The notes below the pieces were generated by a model. That model searched no databases and had not been told where the DNA came from. It was given only the letters and a program-made list of their open reading frames with translations. Positions 30,476 through 41,182 of a DNA stretch of 64,000 bases are shown piece by piece. The DNA is taken from positions 1,024,001 to 1,088,000 of the forward strand of contig CAWJMB010000002.1 in assembly GCA_963843845.1 (NCBI GenBank), written 5' to 3'. Within the stretch, counting starts at the first letter, position 1. Each line of letters begins with the position of its first letter. Source of the DNA: an uncultured Gemmatimonadaceae bacterium. Its GTDB lineage: Bacteria > Gemmatimonadota > Gemmatimonadetes > Gemmatimonadales > Gemmatimonadaceae. A program made the translations under genes and the position numbers.

Positions 30476-31365
30476 TCGGCGCGGCCGAGCGCGGCGGGCG
30501 GCGTCGCGCGGCCGACGACGCCGGCGAGCGCGACGATCGTCAGCACGTACGGAATCATCTCGACGAACTGCGACGGGATCAGTTGCGCCCCCTGCAGCTG
30601 GATCTGGAACGTCTCGGCGGCCGCGAACAGCAGGCAGGCACCCGCGACGCGCTTCGGGTCCCAGCGGCCGAAGATCACGGCCGCGAGCGCGATGAAGCCG
30701 CGACCGGCCGTCATGCCGTCGGTGAACTGATGCTGGTCGAGCGCGAGGTACGCGCCGGCGAGCCCCGCGAGCACGCCGGAGAGCGCGACGCCGACGACGC
30801 GGATCCGCGGCACCGAGACGCCCAACGACGTCGCCGCCTCGGGCTTCTCGCCGACGGCGCGCGCGCGCAGCCCGAATGGCGTGCGATAGAGCAGCCAGCC
30901 GACGAACGGCACGGTCGCCAGTCCGATCCAGACGAGCGGGTTGAGCAACGACGCCGTGAGTGAGCCGAGCGCCGCGTTCCCCGACAGCTGCTCCCCGCCG
31001 AAGCCCGGCACGCGCGGCGAGTTCGACGAGCTGTCGAACGCGAAGCGCAGGAAGAAGCGCGTCGCGCCGACGGCGAGCAGATTGAGCGCGACGCCGACGA
31101 CGACCTGGTCGGCCCTGAAGCGCACCGCGGCGAGCGCGTAGAGCAGCGCCATCACGAGCCCCGCGGCGACGCCGGCCGCGAGCCCCGCCCACGGCCCGCC
31201 CAGGTAGTAGCTGCCCAACGCCGCGCCGAACGCGCCGCTCAGCATGAACCCTTCGAGCGTGAGCGCGACGACCCCGACGCGCTCGCTCATCACCCCGCCG
31301 CTCGCCGCGAGGAGATACGGAACGACGATGCGCAGCGTCTGCGCGAGGAAGACGAGGAGGATCAT
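30472..31365 (-). CDS. Nucleoside/sugar ABC permease
   Basis: SERVGVVALTLEG, RTPFGLRARAVGE, GRGFIALAAVIFGRW. Confidence 0.92.
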   Translation of the reverse strand: MILLVFLAQTLRIVVPYLLAASGGVMSERVGVVALTLEGFMLSGAFGAALGSYYLGGPWAGLAAGVAAGLVMALLYALAAVRFRADQVVVGVALNLLAVGATRFFLRFAFDSSSNSPRVPGFGGEQLSGNAALGSLTASLLNPLVWIGLATVPFVGWLLYRTPFGLRARAVGEKPEAATSLGVSVPRIRVVGVALSGVLAGLAGAYLALDQHQFTDGMTAGRGFIALAAVIFGRWDPKRVAGACLLFAAAETFQIQLQGAQLIPSQFVEMIPYVLTIVALAGVVGRATPPAALGRAE

Positions 31366-32471
31366 CGCCGCACCACGCCGCGCGCCGCGCCGCGGAGCAC
31401 GCGCCGCACCTCGGGCACCGACGTCGCCATCGCGAGGATCACGACGGCCTGCAGCACCTCGACCATCTGCTTCGGCACCAGCGCGTTCACCGCGAGCCCG
31501 CCCTGCGACAGCGTCGCGAAGAGCAGCGCGGCGAGGACGATGCCCACCGGATGGTTGCGTCCCACGAGCGCGACCGCGATGCCGAGGAAGCCGGAGCCGG
31601 TCGCGAACCCTTCCTCGTAGTAGTGCTTGTAGCCGAGGACGAAGTTGAGGCCGCCGAGCCCGGCGAGCGCGCCCGAGAGGGCGAGCGCGCGCACCCACAC
31701 GCGGCCCACCCTCACCCCGCCGTACTCCGCCGCGTCGGGCTGCAGGCCGACCGCGCGCAGCTCGTAGCCGCTCCGCGTGCGGAACAGGAACCACCAGACC
31801 GCCGCCGCGCTCCCAGCCGCGATCAGCAGCACGAGGTTCGCCGCCGAGCCGCGGAACATCGGCATGAACGACGCGAGGCGCGGCACCGCGCCGACGAGCG
31901 ACTCGGGCGTGTGCAGCGTCTCCGGGACGTGCAGCGTGTTCGCGACGACGAAGTTCAGCAGCGCGAGCACGATGAAGTTGAGCATGATCGTGACGATCAC
32001 CTCGCTCGCGCCGAAGCGCGCCTTGAGCCACCCCGGCAGCGCCCCGACGAGACCGCCCGCGATGCCGGCGGCGAGACAGCACAGCGGTATGGCGAGCAAC
32101 CCCGGCGTGCCGGCGGGCAGCGTGAGCGACACGAGCGCCGCCGCGAACCCCCCGGTCGCGAGCTGGCTCTCGGCGCCGACGTTGAACAGTCCGGCGCGCG
32201 CGCCGATCGCGAACGCGAGCCCGGTGAAGGTCAGCGTCGTCGTCTTGTAGAGCACCTGCCCGAATCCGTACGCGTTCCCCCACGTCCCCTCGAGCAGCAG
32301 CCGATACACGGCTCCCGGCGCCTGGCCGAACGTCAGGATCAAGAGATCGCCGACGAGCACCGCGACGAGCAGCGCGACGATCGCGGGCAGCACGGCCTCC
32401 TCGATGCCGACGCGCGCTGCCGACCGCGCCTCGGCGCGGCCCGCGCCGCCGGGATGCGCGGGCGCCGTCAC
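31362..32471 (-). CDS. Nucleoside/sugar ABC permease
   Basis: GLFNVGAESQ, SEVIVTIMLN, GYELRAVG, GFLGIAVALVG. Confidence 0.92.
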   Translation of the reverse strand: MTAPAHPGGAGRAEARSAARVGIEEAVLPAIVALLVAVLVGDLLILTFGQAPGAVYRLLLEGTWGNAYGFGQVLYKTTTLTFTGLAFAIGARAGLFNVGAESQLATGGFAAALVSLTLPAGTPGLLAIPLCCLAAGIAGGLVGALPGWLKARFGASEVIVTIMLNFIVLALLNFVVANTLHVPETLHTPESLVGAVPRLASFMPMFRGSAANLVLLIAAGSAAAVWWFLFRTRSGYELRAVGLQPDAAEYGGVRVGRVWVRALALSGALAGLGGLNFVLGYKHYYEEGFATGSGFLGIAVALVGRNHPVGIVLAALLFATLSQGGLAVNALVPKQMVEVLQAVVILAMATSVPEVRRVLRGAARGVVRR

Positions 32472-34084
32472 GCCGCGCTCTCCGTCGCGGCGCCTGTCAT
32501 GTACGGGCCCAACACCTCGGCGCTCGCCTCGCGGCGCGGCAGCACGGTCGCGAATCGGCCGCGGTACATCACGGCGACGCGGTCGGAGAGCGCGAGGATC
32601 TCCGCGAGATCGGCGGAGACGAGCACGATCGCCTTGCCGGCGTCGCGCGCGGCGCGCAGTTGGCCGTGGATGAACTCGATCGCGCCGACGTCGACGCCGC
32701 GCGTGGGCTGCGCCGCGAGCAGCACGGCGTAGTCGCGCCCCGTCATCTCGCGCGCGACGACGATCTTCTGCTGGTTGCCGCCGGACAGTGCGCGCGCCGG
32801 CAGCCGCGCGTCGCTCGGGCGGATGTCGTAGGTCGCGATCTGTCGACGTGCGTTGTCCTCGATCCGCGCGCGGTCGAGCTGCGCGCCGCGCGTGAAGCGG
32901 TGCTGCAAGCCGAGGATCAGGTTGTCGCCGATCGAGTAGTCGAGCACGAGCCCGCGCCGGTGGCGATCTTCCGGCACGTGCGACAGCCCCGCGTCCGCCC
33001 GCTCGCGCACGCCGAGCGTCGTGACGTCTCGGCCGCCGATCTCGATGCGGCCGCTCGTGGGGCCGGCGAGCCCGGCGATCGCTTCGATCAGCTCCGTCTG
33101 TCCGTTCCCTTCCACGCCCGCGATGCCGAAGATCTCGCCGGCGGGAACCGCGAACGACACGCGATCGACCTCGTTCGGCCGACGTGTGGAAGGGACGACC
33201 AGGTCGCGAACGACGAGGGGAGATGTGCCGGGGATCGAGGATCGGGGATCGGGACCCGGTCGGTGATCGGCCTCCCGTTCCCCGATCTCCGATCCCCGGT
33301 CCCCGACCAGGTCGAGCGCCAACGCCACCTCCCGCCCCACCATCGCCCGCGCGATCTCCCGCGGCGTCGTCTCCGCCGTCCGCAGCCGCCCGACGGTCGC
33401 GCCGGCCCGCATCACCGTGATCGCGTCCGAGATCTCGACGACTTCATCGAGCTTGTGCGTGATGAGGACGACCGTGCCGCCGCTCGCCGCGAGGCCACGC
33501 AGCACGCGCCACAGCTCGCGCACTTCCGGCGGCGAGAGCACGGCGGTCGGCTCGTCGAGCACGAGGAGGCGGGCGCCGCGGTAGAGCACCTTCAGGATCT
33601 CGACGCGCTGCGCCTCTCCGACGCTCAACTCGGCGACGGGGCGGTCGACGGGAACCGCCAGGCCGGTCCGCTCGCACAGCGCCCGCACGTCGCGCTCGGC
33701 CCGCGCGCGGTCGAGCGTGAGGCCGCTCGTCAGCTCCATGCCCAACGTCACGTTCTCGGCGACGGTCAGCGTGGGGACGAGCATGAAGTGCTGGTGCACC
33801 ATCCCGACGCCGGCCGCGATCGCCTCGGCGGTCGACCAGCCGGTGACGTCGCGCAACGCAGCCTGCCCCGAGTGCGGCGCCGGGTCCGGCCCGGCGACCT
33901 CGATCGTTCCCGCGTCGGGGGGGAACATGCCGGCGAGCATCCGCATCAGCGTCGACTTGCCGGCGCCGTTCTCGCCGACGAGCGCGTGGATCTCGCCCGC
34001 CTCGGCTTCGAGCGACGCGTCGCGGTTCGCCTGCACGGCGCCGAACGCCTTCGCGACGCCCTGGATCCGGATCGAGCGCGCCAC
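32468..34084 (-). CDS. Tandem-NBD ABC ATPase (CUT2 type)
   Basis: GENGAGKST, MVHQHF, LDEPT, ITHKL, LSGGNQQK, QPTRGVD. Confidence 0.93.
   Translation of the reverse strand: MARSIRIQGVAKAFGAVQANRDASLEAEAGEIHALVGENGAGKSTLMRMLAGMFPPDAGTIEVAGPDPAPHSGQAALRDVTGWSTAEAIAAGVGMVHQHFMLVPTLTVAENVTLGMELTSGLTLDRARAERDVRALCERTGLAVPVDRPVAELSVGEAQRVEILKVLYRGARLLVLDEPTAVLSPPEVRELWRVLRGLAASGGTVVLITHKLDEVVEISDAITVMRAGATVGRLRTAETTPREIARAMVGREVALALDLVGDRGSEIGEREADHRPGPDPRSSIPGTSPLVVRDLVVPSTRRPNEVDRVSFAVPAGEIFGIAGVEGNGQTELIEAIAGLAGPTSGRIEIGGRDVTTLGVRERADAGLSHVPEDRHRRGLVLDYSIGDNLILGLQHRFTRGAQLDRARIEDNARRQIATYDIRPSDARLPARALSGGNQQKIVVAREMTGRDYAVLLAAQPTRGVDVGAIEFIHGQLRAARDAGKAIVLVSADLAEILALSDRVAVMYRGRFATVLPRREASAEVLGPYMTGAATESAA
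33229..33305. repeat. Heptamer-built palindrome inside the ATPase linker
   Basis: ggggatc gaggatc ggggatc ... gatctcc gatcccc ggtcccc. Confidence 0.75.
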
Positions 34085-34086
34085 GG

Positions 34087-35125
34087 CTACCGCTCCGCGG
34101 GGACGGTGATCGCGCCGGCGATGATCGAGTCGCGCAGCGCGGTGAGGCGCGCCTGCATCGCGTCCGGAATCAGCCGACGATTGTTCGCGTCGTACACGTA
34201 GCCGACGCCGTTCTCCTTGAGCCCGAACTGCCGGATGCCGCCGCGGAACGCGCCGTTCTTCACGCTCGCGATGACGTCGTAGACGGCCGCGTCGACGCCC
34301 TTCACCATCGACGTCAGGACGAACCCCGGCGCCTCGTCGTACTGATCCGCGTCGACGCCGATGGCGAGCCGCCCCGTCGCCCGCGCCGCCTCGAACACGC
34401 CGAGGCCCGTCGAGCCGGAGGCGTGGAAGATGATGTTCACGCCGGACTGATACTGGCTGAGCGCGAGCTCCTTGCCGCGCCCCGGGTTCCGGAACGCCTC
34501 GGGCGTCACGCCGGCGTACTGCGCGACGACCTGACAGGTCGGGCAGACGTGCAGCACGCCGGCGCGGTAGCCGGCCTCGAACTTGTGAATGAGCGGGATG
34601 TCCATCCCGCCGACGAAGCCGACGCGTTTCGCGTTCCCTGTCGAGTGCGGCGAGCGCGCCGACGAGATACGAGCCCTGCTCCTCGCGGAACTTGATCGCC
34701 GGCAGGTTCGGCGGCGGCTGCACGACGCTCCCCGTCGAGTCGGTCGCGAGCGCGTAGTCGACGCCGGCGAAGTGCGTGGCCGGATACTCCTTCGCGAGCG
34801 ACGTGAGGTCGTCGGTGAAGATGAAGCCGACGCCGATGACGAGATCCATCCCTTCCGCGGCGAGGAGCCGCAGCCCCGCCTCGCGGTCCGAGCCTTCGCC
34901 CGGCTCGATGAAGCGGATGCGCGCGCCGAGGGTCTCGGCTGCGCGCATGGCGCCGACGTAGGCGCCGTCGTTGAACGACTTGTCGCCGCGCCCGCCGACG
35001 TCGAACACGACGCCGACGTCGAGCCCTTCGGTCGTCGTCGGCTCGGCGGCGCCGGAGGGGTGCACGAACAGGAGCGCGACGTGTGCCGCGAGCAGCGCCG
35101 CGATGACGAGCAGGAGGGTGCGCAT
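34087..35125 (-). CDS. BMP family ABC substrate-binding protein (frameshift near 34635)
   Basis: GGRGDKSFN, LVIGVGF, FREEQGSYLVG, AIGVDADQ, LTSMVKGVD. Confidence 0.92.
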
Positions 35126-35145
35126 GAGGTGGGAGAACAATACGA

Positions 35146-35182
35146 CGACGCGCCCGGTGGCGAGAGGCCACCGGGCGCGTCG
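35146..35182. terminator. 16-bp perfect hairpin downstream of the TPR gene
   Basis: cgacgcgcccggtggc-gagag-gccaccgggcgcgtcg; no strong U-tract. Confidence 0.5.
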
Positions 35183-35231
35183 ATTCGACCGCGCCGCCTG
35201 ATGGCGACGCGTCGTCAGGGCGTCGTGACGG

Positions 35232-36810
35232 TCAGCTCAGCGGCGCGTAGCGGAACGCGACGATCCCCGCCTTCGCGGACTCGAAGCGCGCCTGCTTCTT
35301 GTCGCCGGCGCCGATCGGCCCGACGGTCTGCGTCTGCGAGTCGACGACGTTCCCGTTCGTGTCGAGGAACTCGAGCGTCACGGTGTACGTCTTCGGTGCG
35401 GCGGAGGCCGCCGCTGCCGGCTTCGCGGCCGGACGCGCGCCGGCGCGGGCGGGCGCGGCAGGGGCCGGCGGCGGCGTGGTCGCGACACCCTCGATCTGCA
35501 TGCCGATCACCGCGCGCGACTCGCCGCGCGTGAACTCGGTGAAGGTCACCTTCACCGGCATCGTCTCCGACTTCTGGTAGTACTTGAACGCGGAGTCGTT
35601 GAGCGCCTTCTTCGCGCCGGCGGCGGCTGCGTTCGCCATCCCGTTGTAGGCGAGCGACATGAACGCGTAGTTGTCGCCGTTCGACGGGTCGACGTCGATG
35701 AGCCGGCGCGCGATCGGGATCAGCTTCTCGTACTGCTTCCCCTGCAGATACATCGAGCTGAGGTTGTTCAGCCCGTCGCGCTGATACGGGTTCTGCGCGA
35801 TCGCCGCCTCGGTGAGCCGGATCGCGTCCTCGGTCTTGCCGGACTGCGAGGCGATGACGCCGCTCTGCGTCAGCGTGAGGTCGTTGTACTTCGACGGGTT
35901 CGCGAGCTGGTCGGCGTAGGTCGCCGCGACGGCGGCCACGTCGCCCGACATCTGGAGCAGCTGGGCGAGCACCGGCTGCGCGCGTGCCGCCATCGCGTCA
36001 CCGGCCGGCACCGCCGCGATCACCGCCTGGAACGCCGCCGCGGCCTCCTTGGCGAGCGCCTTCTGCTGCTCGCCCGACGCGTTCTGCGCCGCCTGCGCCT
36101 TCGTCGCCGCGATGTTGTACATCGCGTTGTTCTTGATGTCGCGGTAGGTCGTGTCCGAGCCGGCCGTCTCGATCAGGCGCTGCCAGTAGCGCGTCGCGGC
36201 GGCGTTGTCGTCCTTGTTCTGCGCGACGACCGAGAGCACGTGGTACGCGTACGGGCTGTTCTGATACATGATCAGCGACCGGGTCGCGTAGTACTCCGCG
36301 GAGTCCGCCTTGCCGGCGTTCAGCGAGTTGATCGCGCCGTTGACCTGGTTCAGCCACGCCTGGTTCTGGCGGAGCTGCATCGCGAGGTCGGCACACTTCG
36401 GGTCCGCGGCGACGAGGCGCTTGAGCGCCGAGTCGGCCGCGAGGAAGACGTCGATCGTGGCGCTCGGGTCGGTGGTGTAGCCGAGCATCGAACGCTGCAC
36501 GACGCCACCCATGCCCGGCTCGGCCGCCCACTGCGTGAGGGCCTGCGCCATCATGTACGCCTGGCCAGCCTGGTTGTCGGACGACTTCTCGTTGCTGACC
36601 TCCTTCACCACGGTCGACAGGAGGCGCCCACGCTCTTCCGGCTTCGTGGCCGCCGACATGCGCACGAGGGCGAGCGTCGAGTTCTGGACCGACCGCGGCT
36701 TGTTCTGGTCAGGCGAGCACGCGCCAGCGCCGGCAGCCGCCTGGGCGGTCAGCGCGAACGGCACGAGCAGGGTCGGCAGGCAGCGCGAGGCTGACGCGAC
36801 GTAACTTCAT
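35232..36810 (-). CDS. Secreted TPR-like protein (frameshift near 36780)
   Basis: GGAGA RBS before ATG 36810; helical repeats AIAQNPYQRDGLNNL, LIDVDPSN; beta-rich C-terminus. Confidence 0.75.
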
Positions 36811-36934
36811 GAATGGTCTCCAGGATGCAGGACGCAAGGGTAGGGACAGCGCAAAGATATACTGTTGTTCGGCGCGCGGGTTCCGCGCGCGCGTCCGCCG
36901 AATGGTGACCGGGATCGCATCTCACACCTCGCTC

Positions 36935-38471
36935 ATGGTCGATCGACTTCGCACGCGCATCCTCGTCGTCGGGCACCGGCGTCGCCGGCCTGCACACCGC
37001 CTGGCGGTCGAGCGAGGCCGGCGACGTGTTGCTGCTCACGAAACGCTCGCTCTTCGACTCGTCGACCGCCTACGCGCAGGGCGGCATCGCCGCGGCCCTC
37101 GGCGCCGGCGACTCGCCGGCGCTGCACCGGGAGGACACGCTCGCCGCGGGCGCCGCGCTCTGCGACGCGGCGGCGGTGCAGGTGCTCGTCGAGGAGGGGC
37201 CCGCGCGGGTACGCGAGCTGCAGCTCGCCGGCGCCCGCTTCGACCTCACGCCGAGCGGCGACTTCAAGCTCGGGCGCGAGGCGGCGCACTCGCGGCGCCG
37301 CATCGTCCACGCACAGGGCGATCAGACCGGGGCCGAGGTGGCGCGGACGCTGATCGCGCGCGTGCGCGACAGCGCGCGGGTCACGGTGCTCGAGCGGGCG
37401 CGCGTGCTCGACCTGGTCGTCGAGACCATCGACGGCGTCCCGACGGTCATCGGCGCACGAGCCAGCGTCGCCGGCCGCGCGACCGAGATCATCGCCGACG
37501 CGACCGTGCTCGCGACCGGAGGGTGCGGGCAGGTCTTCCGCTACACGACGAACCCCGAGGTCGCGACCGGCGACGGCTTCGCGATCGCGCACCGCGCCGG
37601 CGCTCGGCTCGCGGACATGGAGTTCGTGCAGTTCCACCCGACCGCGCTCGACACGCGCGAGAACCCGCTGTCGCTCATCTCCGAAGCGGTGCGCGGCGAG
37701 GGCGCCGTGCTGCGCAACGCCGCCGGCGAGCGCTTCATGCCCGCGCGACACCGGCTGGCCGAGCTCGCGCCGCGCGACGTCGTGGCGCGCGAGATCTTCC
37801 GCGAGCAGCAGGAGGGGACCGTCTACCTCGACGCGCGGTCGATCGGCACGAAGGACGGCGCGCCGTTCGCGACGCGCTTTCCCGGCATCACGGCGATCTG
37901 TCGCGCGCGCGGCATCGACCCGCAGCACGACCTGATCCCGGTGACGCCCGCCGCGCACTACATGATGGGGGGGATCGTCACCGACCTCCGCGGCCGATCG
38001 AGTCTCGCGCGGCTGTACGCGTGCGGCGAGGTCGCGCGCACCGGCGTGCACGGCGCGAACCGGCTCGCCTCGAACTCGCTGCTCGAGGGGCTCGTGTTCG
38101 CCGAGCGGGTGGCCCGCGACCTCGAGGGAACGCCGCGGCTCGGCGCGCACCCGCGGCGGCGGGCGGCGTGGGAGGTGCCGCCGCTCGCCGACCGCGGCGC
38201 GGCGCAGGTGGCGGCGGACGCGATCCGCTCGGCGATGTGGGAGCACGCGGGGATCGACCGCACGGCGCGCGGGCTGCGCGCCGGGCTCGCGCGGCTCGAC
38301 GAGATCGAGGCGCGGCTCACCCCCGGGATGACGGAGGAGCGAAACCTGCTCGACACCGGGCGGCTCGTCGCGGAGGCGGCATTGCTGCGGAAGGAGTCGC
38401 GAGGAGGGCACTTCCGGAGCGACTTCCCGCGGGACCGACGGAAGTGGCAGGGGAAGCACATCGAGTGGTAG
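36935..38471 (+). CDS. nadB: L-aspartate oxidase (frameshift near 36975)
   Basis: AQGGIAA, EAAHSRRRIVH, MEFVQFHPT, SEAVRGEG, HYMMGG, HGANRLASNSLLE, ESRGGH. Confidence 0.95.
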
Positions 38472-38514
38472 CCCGACCCCGGTGGGGCGGAACGAACTCA
38501 CTAGGTTGCGTATC

Positions 38515-39536
38515 ATGACCGTTCTTCAAGCTGACTACGATCAGGCGCTCCACGACGAGATCCGCCGCGCGGCCGAAGCCCGCAACGCCGTCATCCTCGC
38601 GCACAACTACGAGCGTCCCGAAGTGCAGGACGTCGCGCACTACGTCGGCGACTCGTTGGGCCTCTCGCGCGAGGCCGCGAAGACCGACGCCGACGTCATC
38701 GTGTTCTGCGGCGTGCACTTCATGGCCGAGACCGCCGCGATCCTGTCGCCCGGCAAGACCGTGCTGCTCCCCGACCTCGCCGCCGGCTGCTCGCTCGCCG
38801 CGACGATCGACGCCGCGCAGCTGCGCGCGTGGAAGGCCGAGCACCCCGGCGCGGTCGTCGTCGCCTACGTCAACACGACCGCCGAGGTGAAGGCGGAGAG
38901 CGACTACTGCTGCACGTCCGGGAACGCCGTCGAAGTCATTCACGCGATCCCCGAGGATACCGAGATCCTCTTTCTCCCCGACATGTTCCTCGGCGCCCAC
39001 GTGCGGCGCGTGACGGGGCGGAAGAACATCCACGTGTGGATGGGGGAGTGCCACGTGCACGCCGGGATCGACCCCGAGCACATCAATCTGCAGCGCGCGG
39101 CGCACCCGGAGGCCGAGTTCCTCATCCACCCCGAGTGCGGGTGCGCGACGCCCGTCGTCGAGGCGGTGTCGGCCGGAGCGATCGATCCGGCGGGCGTGCA
39201 CATCCTGTCGACCGAAGGGATGATCAAGCGCCCCGGCGACAGCCCCGCGAGCGAGTTCATCGTCGCGACCGAGCTGGGGATTCTGCACCGCCTGCGGCGC
39301 GCGCACCCGACGAAGACGTTCTTCGCCGCGAACGACCGCGCGCAGTGTGCCTACATGAAGGTCACGACGCTGCCGAAGGTGCTGCGCTCGCTCGAGACGC
39401 TGACGCACCGGATCACCGTGCCCGACGACGTCGCCGCACGGGCGCGGCTCGCGATCGAGCGGATGGTCGCGATCGGCGGCACGGGCGGCCCGGCCCTCTC
39501 GCCGTTCCGGACGTCGGACGAGGACCTGGCGAATGA
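38515..39536 (+). CDS. nadA: Quinolinate synthase (apparent frameshift just before the stop)
   Basis: ILAHNY, VFCGVHFMAE, AGCSLA, YVNTTAEVKA, HPEC, CAYMK. Confidence 0.95.
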
Positions 39537-40420
39537 CGAGTCCCGACCGCGCGGTCGTCGTGCCGGTCGACCCGGTCGTCTTCCCGCTGACGGCCGCGCA
39601 GACCTCGCTGCTCGTGCGCGAGGCGCTCGTCGAGGACGAGGCGTTCAACGACGTCACGACGCTCGCCACGGTCGTCAGCGACCGGCGCGCGCGCGCACAC
39701 ATCGCCGCCCGCGCGAACGGCGTCCTCGCCGGTCTGCCGCTCGCCGTCGACGCGTTTCGCCAGATCGACCCGCGCATCGACGTGCGGATCGACGTGCCCG
39801 ACGGCGGGACGCTGACCGCGGGGATGCCGGTGGTGTTCATGAGCGGCCACGCGCGCGGCATCCTGTCGGCCGAGCGGGTCGCGCTGAACTTCCTGCAGCG
39901 GCTGTCGGGGATCGCGAGCCTCACGGCGAAGTACGTGGCGGCGGTCGCGGGCACGGGAGCGCGGATCCTCGACACGCGCAAGACGACGCCCGGGTGGCGC
40001 AAGCTCGAGAAATACGCCGTGCGGGCCGGCGGCGGCGTGAACCACCGCATGGATCTCGCGACGGCGGTGCTCATCAAGGACAACCACCTCGTCGCGGTCG
40101 ACGGCGACGTGGCGTTCGCCGTGCGGCAGGCGCGCGCGCTCGCCCCGGCCGGCGCGCCCGTGGAGGTCGAGTGCGACACGCCCGCGCAGGTCGACGCCGC
40201 GCTCGCCGCCGGGGCGGAGATGATCCTGCTCGACAACATGTCGCTCGACGCGCTGCGCGCGTGCGCCGCGCGCTGCAAGGGGCGCGCGATCACGGAGGCG
40301 TCCGGCGGCGTGCGGCTCGACACGGTCCGCGCGATCGCCGACACCGGGGTCGACCGCATCTCGGTCGGCGCGCTCACGCACTCGGCCCCGGCGCTGGACC
40401 TCGCGCTCGACTTCGACTAG
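39533..40420 (+). CDS. nadC: Quinolinate phosphoribosyltransferase
   Basis: AERVALNFLQ, DTRKTTPG, NHR, LIKDNH, EVE, LLDN, EASGG. Confidence 0.96.
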   Translation: MTSPDRAVVVPVDPVVFPLTAAQTSLLVREALVEDEAFNDVTTLATVVSDRRARAHIAARANGVLAGLPLAVDAFRQIDPRIDVRIDVPDGGTLTAGMPVVFMSGHARGILSAERVALNFLQRLSGIASLTAKYVAAVAGTGARILDTRKTTPGWRKLEKYAVRAGGGVNHRMDLATAVLIKDNHLVAVDGDVAFAVRQARALAPAGAPVEVECDTPAQVDAALAAGAEMILLDNMSLDALRACAARCKGRAITEASGGVRLDTVRAIADTGVDRISVGALTHSAPALDLALDFD

Positions 40421-40537
40421 GACGCTCGGACGCCCGGCCGCGGAATAAAACTCCGGCCCGCGCCGTCACGCAGACCGGCCGCCGTCCGCATCGCGACGGG
40501 GCCGGGCAGCTCAACCTTTCTTCGTGGAGTGGCGCGT

Positions 40538-41182
40538 ATGCGGACGCACAGGCAGCGACTGGGATCGGCGGCGGGCGCGGTGGCGGGCGCGGTGGCGGGC
40601 GCGGTAGCGAGGGCGGTGGTGATCCTCACCGTGGCGACGGCGGCCGGCGCGCAGACGGTGCGCAGCGGCTTCTACACGTACAACCAGGAAGTGCCGCCCC
40701 CCCCGCTCGTCGTCTCCCCCGGCACGGGCAACTTCTCGGCGACGCTGAACGCCGCGAACACGACGCTGCTGGTCACCCTGGACTTCATGAACCTGCTGCA
40801 GCCGGCGACGGGGGCCCACATCCACATCGGCGGGCCGACGACGAGCGGGCCGATCGCGATCGACTTCGCGACGCCGACCGGGATGTTCCCGACCGGGGTC
40901 CGGTCCGGGACGTACTCGCACCTGTTCGACCTCGACGCGGCCGCGTCGTACGGGGCCGGCTACCTCGGGGGCTTCGGCGGCAGCGTCGACGCGGCGAAGG
41001 CGAACTTCATCACGAACTTCACGGCGAGCACGGTCTACGGGAACATCCACTCGTCGGCCCGGCCGGCCGGCGAGATCCGCGCGAACGTCGGCATCTTCGC
41101 CGCGCCGGAGCCGTCGACATACGCGCTCATGGCGACCGGGCTCGTCGGCCTCGGGCTCGTCGCACGGCGGCGGCGGGCCTAG
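40538..41182 (+). CDS. CHRD-domain PEP-CTERM protein
   Basis: NQEVPP, TGAHIH, YGNIHS...GEIR; C-terminal APEPSTYALMATGLVGLGLVARRRRA. Confidence 0.9.
   Translation: MRTHRQRLGSAAGAVAGAVAGAVARAVVILTVATAAGAQTVRSGFYTYNQEVPPPPLVVSPGTGNFSATLNAANTTLLVTLDFMNLLQPATGAHIHIGGPTTSGPIAIDFATPTGMFPTGVRSGTYSHLFDLDAAASYGAGYLGGFGGSVDAAKANFITNFTASTVYGNIHSSARPAGEIRANVGIFAAPEPSTYALMATGLVGLGLVARRRRA

Noticed and set aside
32468..35140. BMP-ATPase fusion of 890 aa
   Set aside because: A frameshift near 34635 joins the BMP N-terminus to the ATPase frame; the BMP C-terminus has its own stop at 34087.
35126..35231. Purine-type riboswitch upstream of the nucleoside ABC operon
   Set aside because: Only one simple hairpin is visible; no aptamer consensus that I can recognise.
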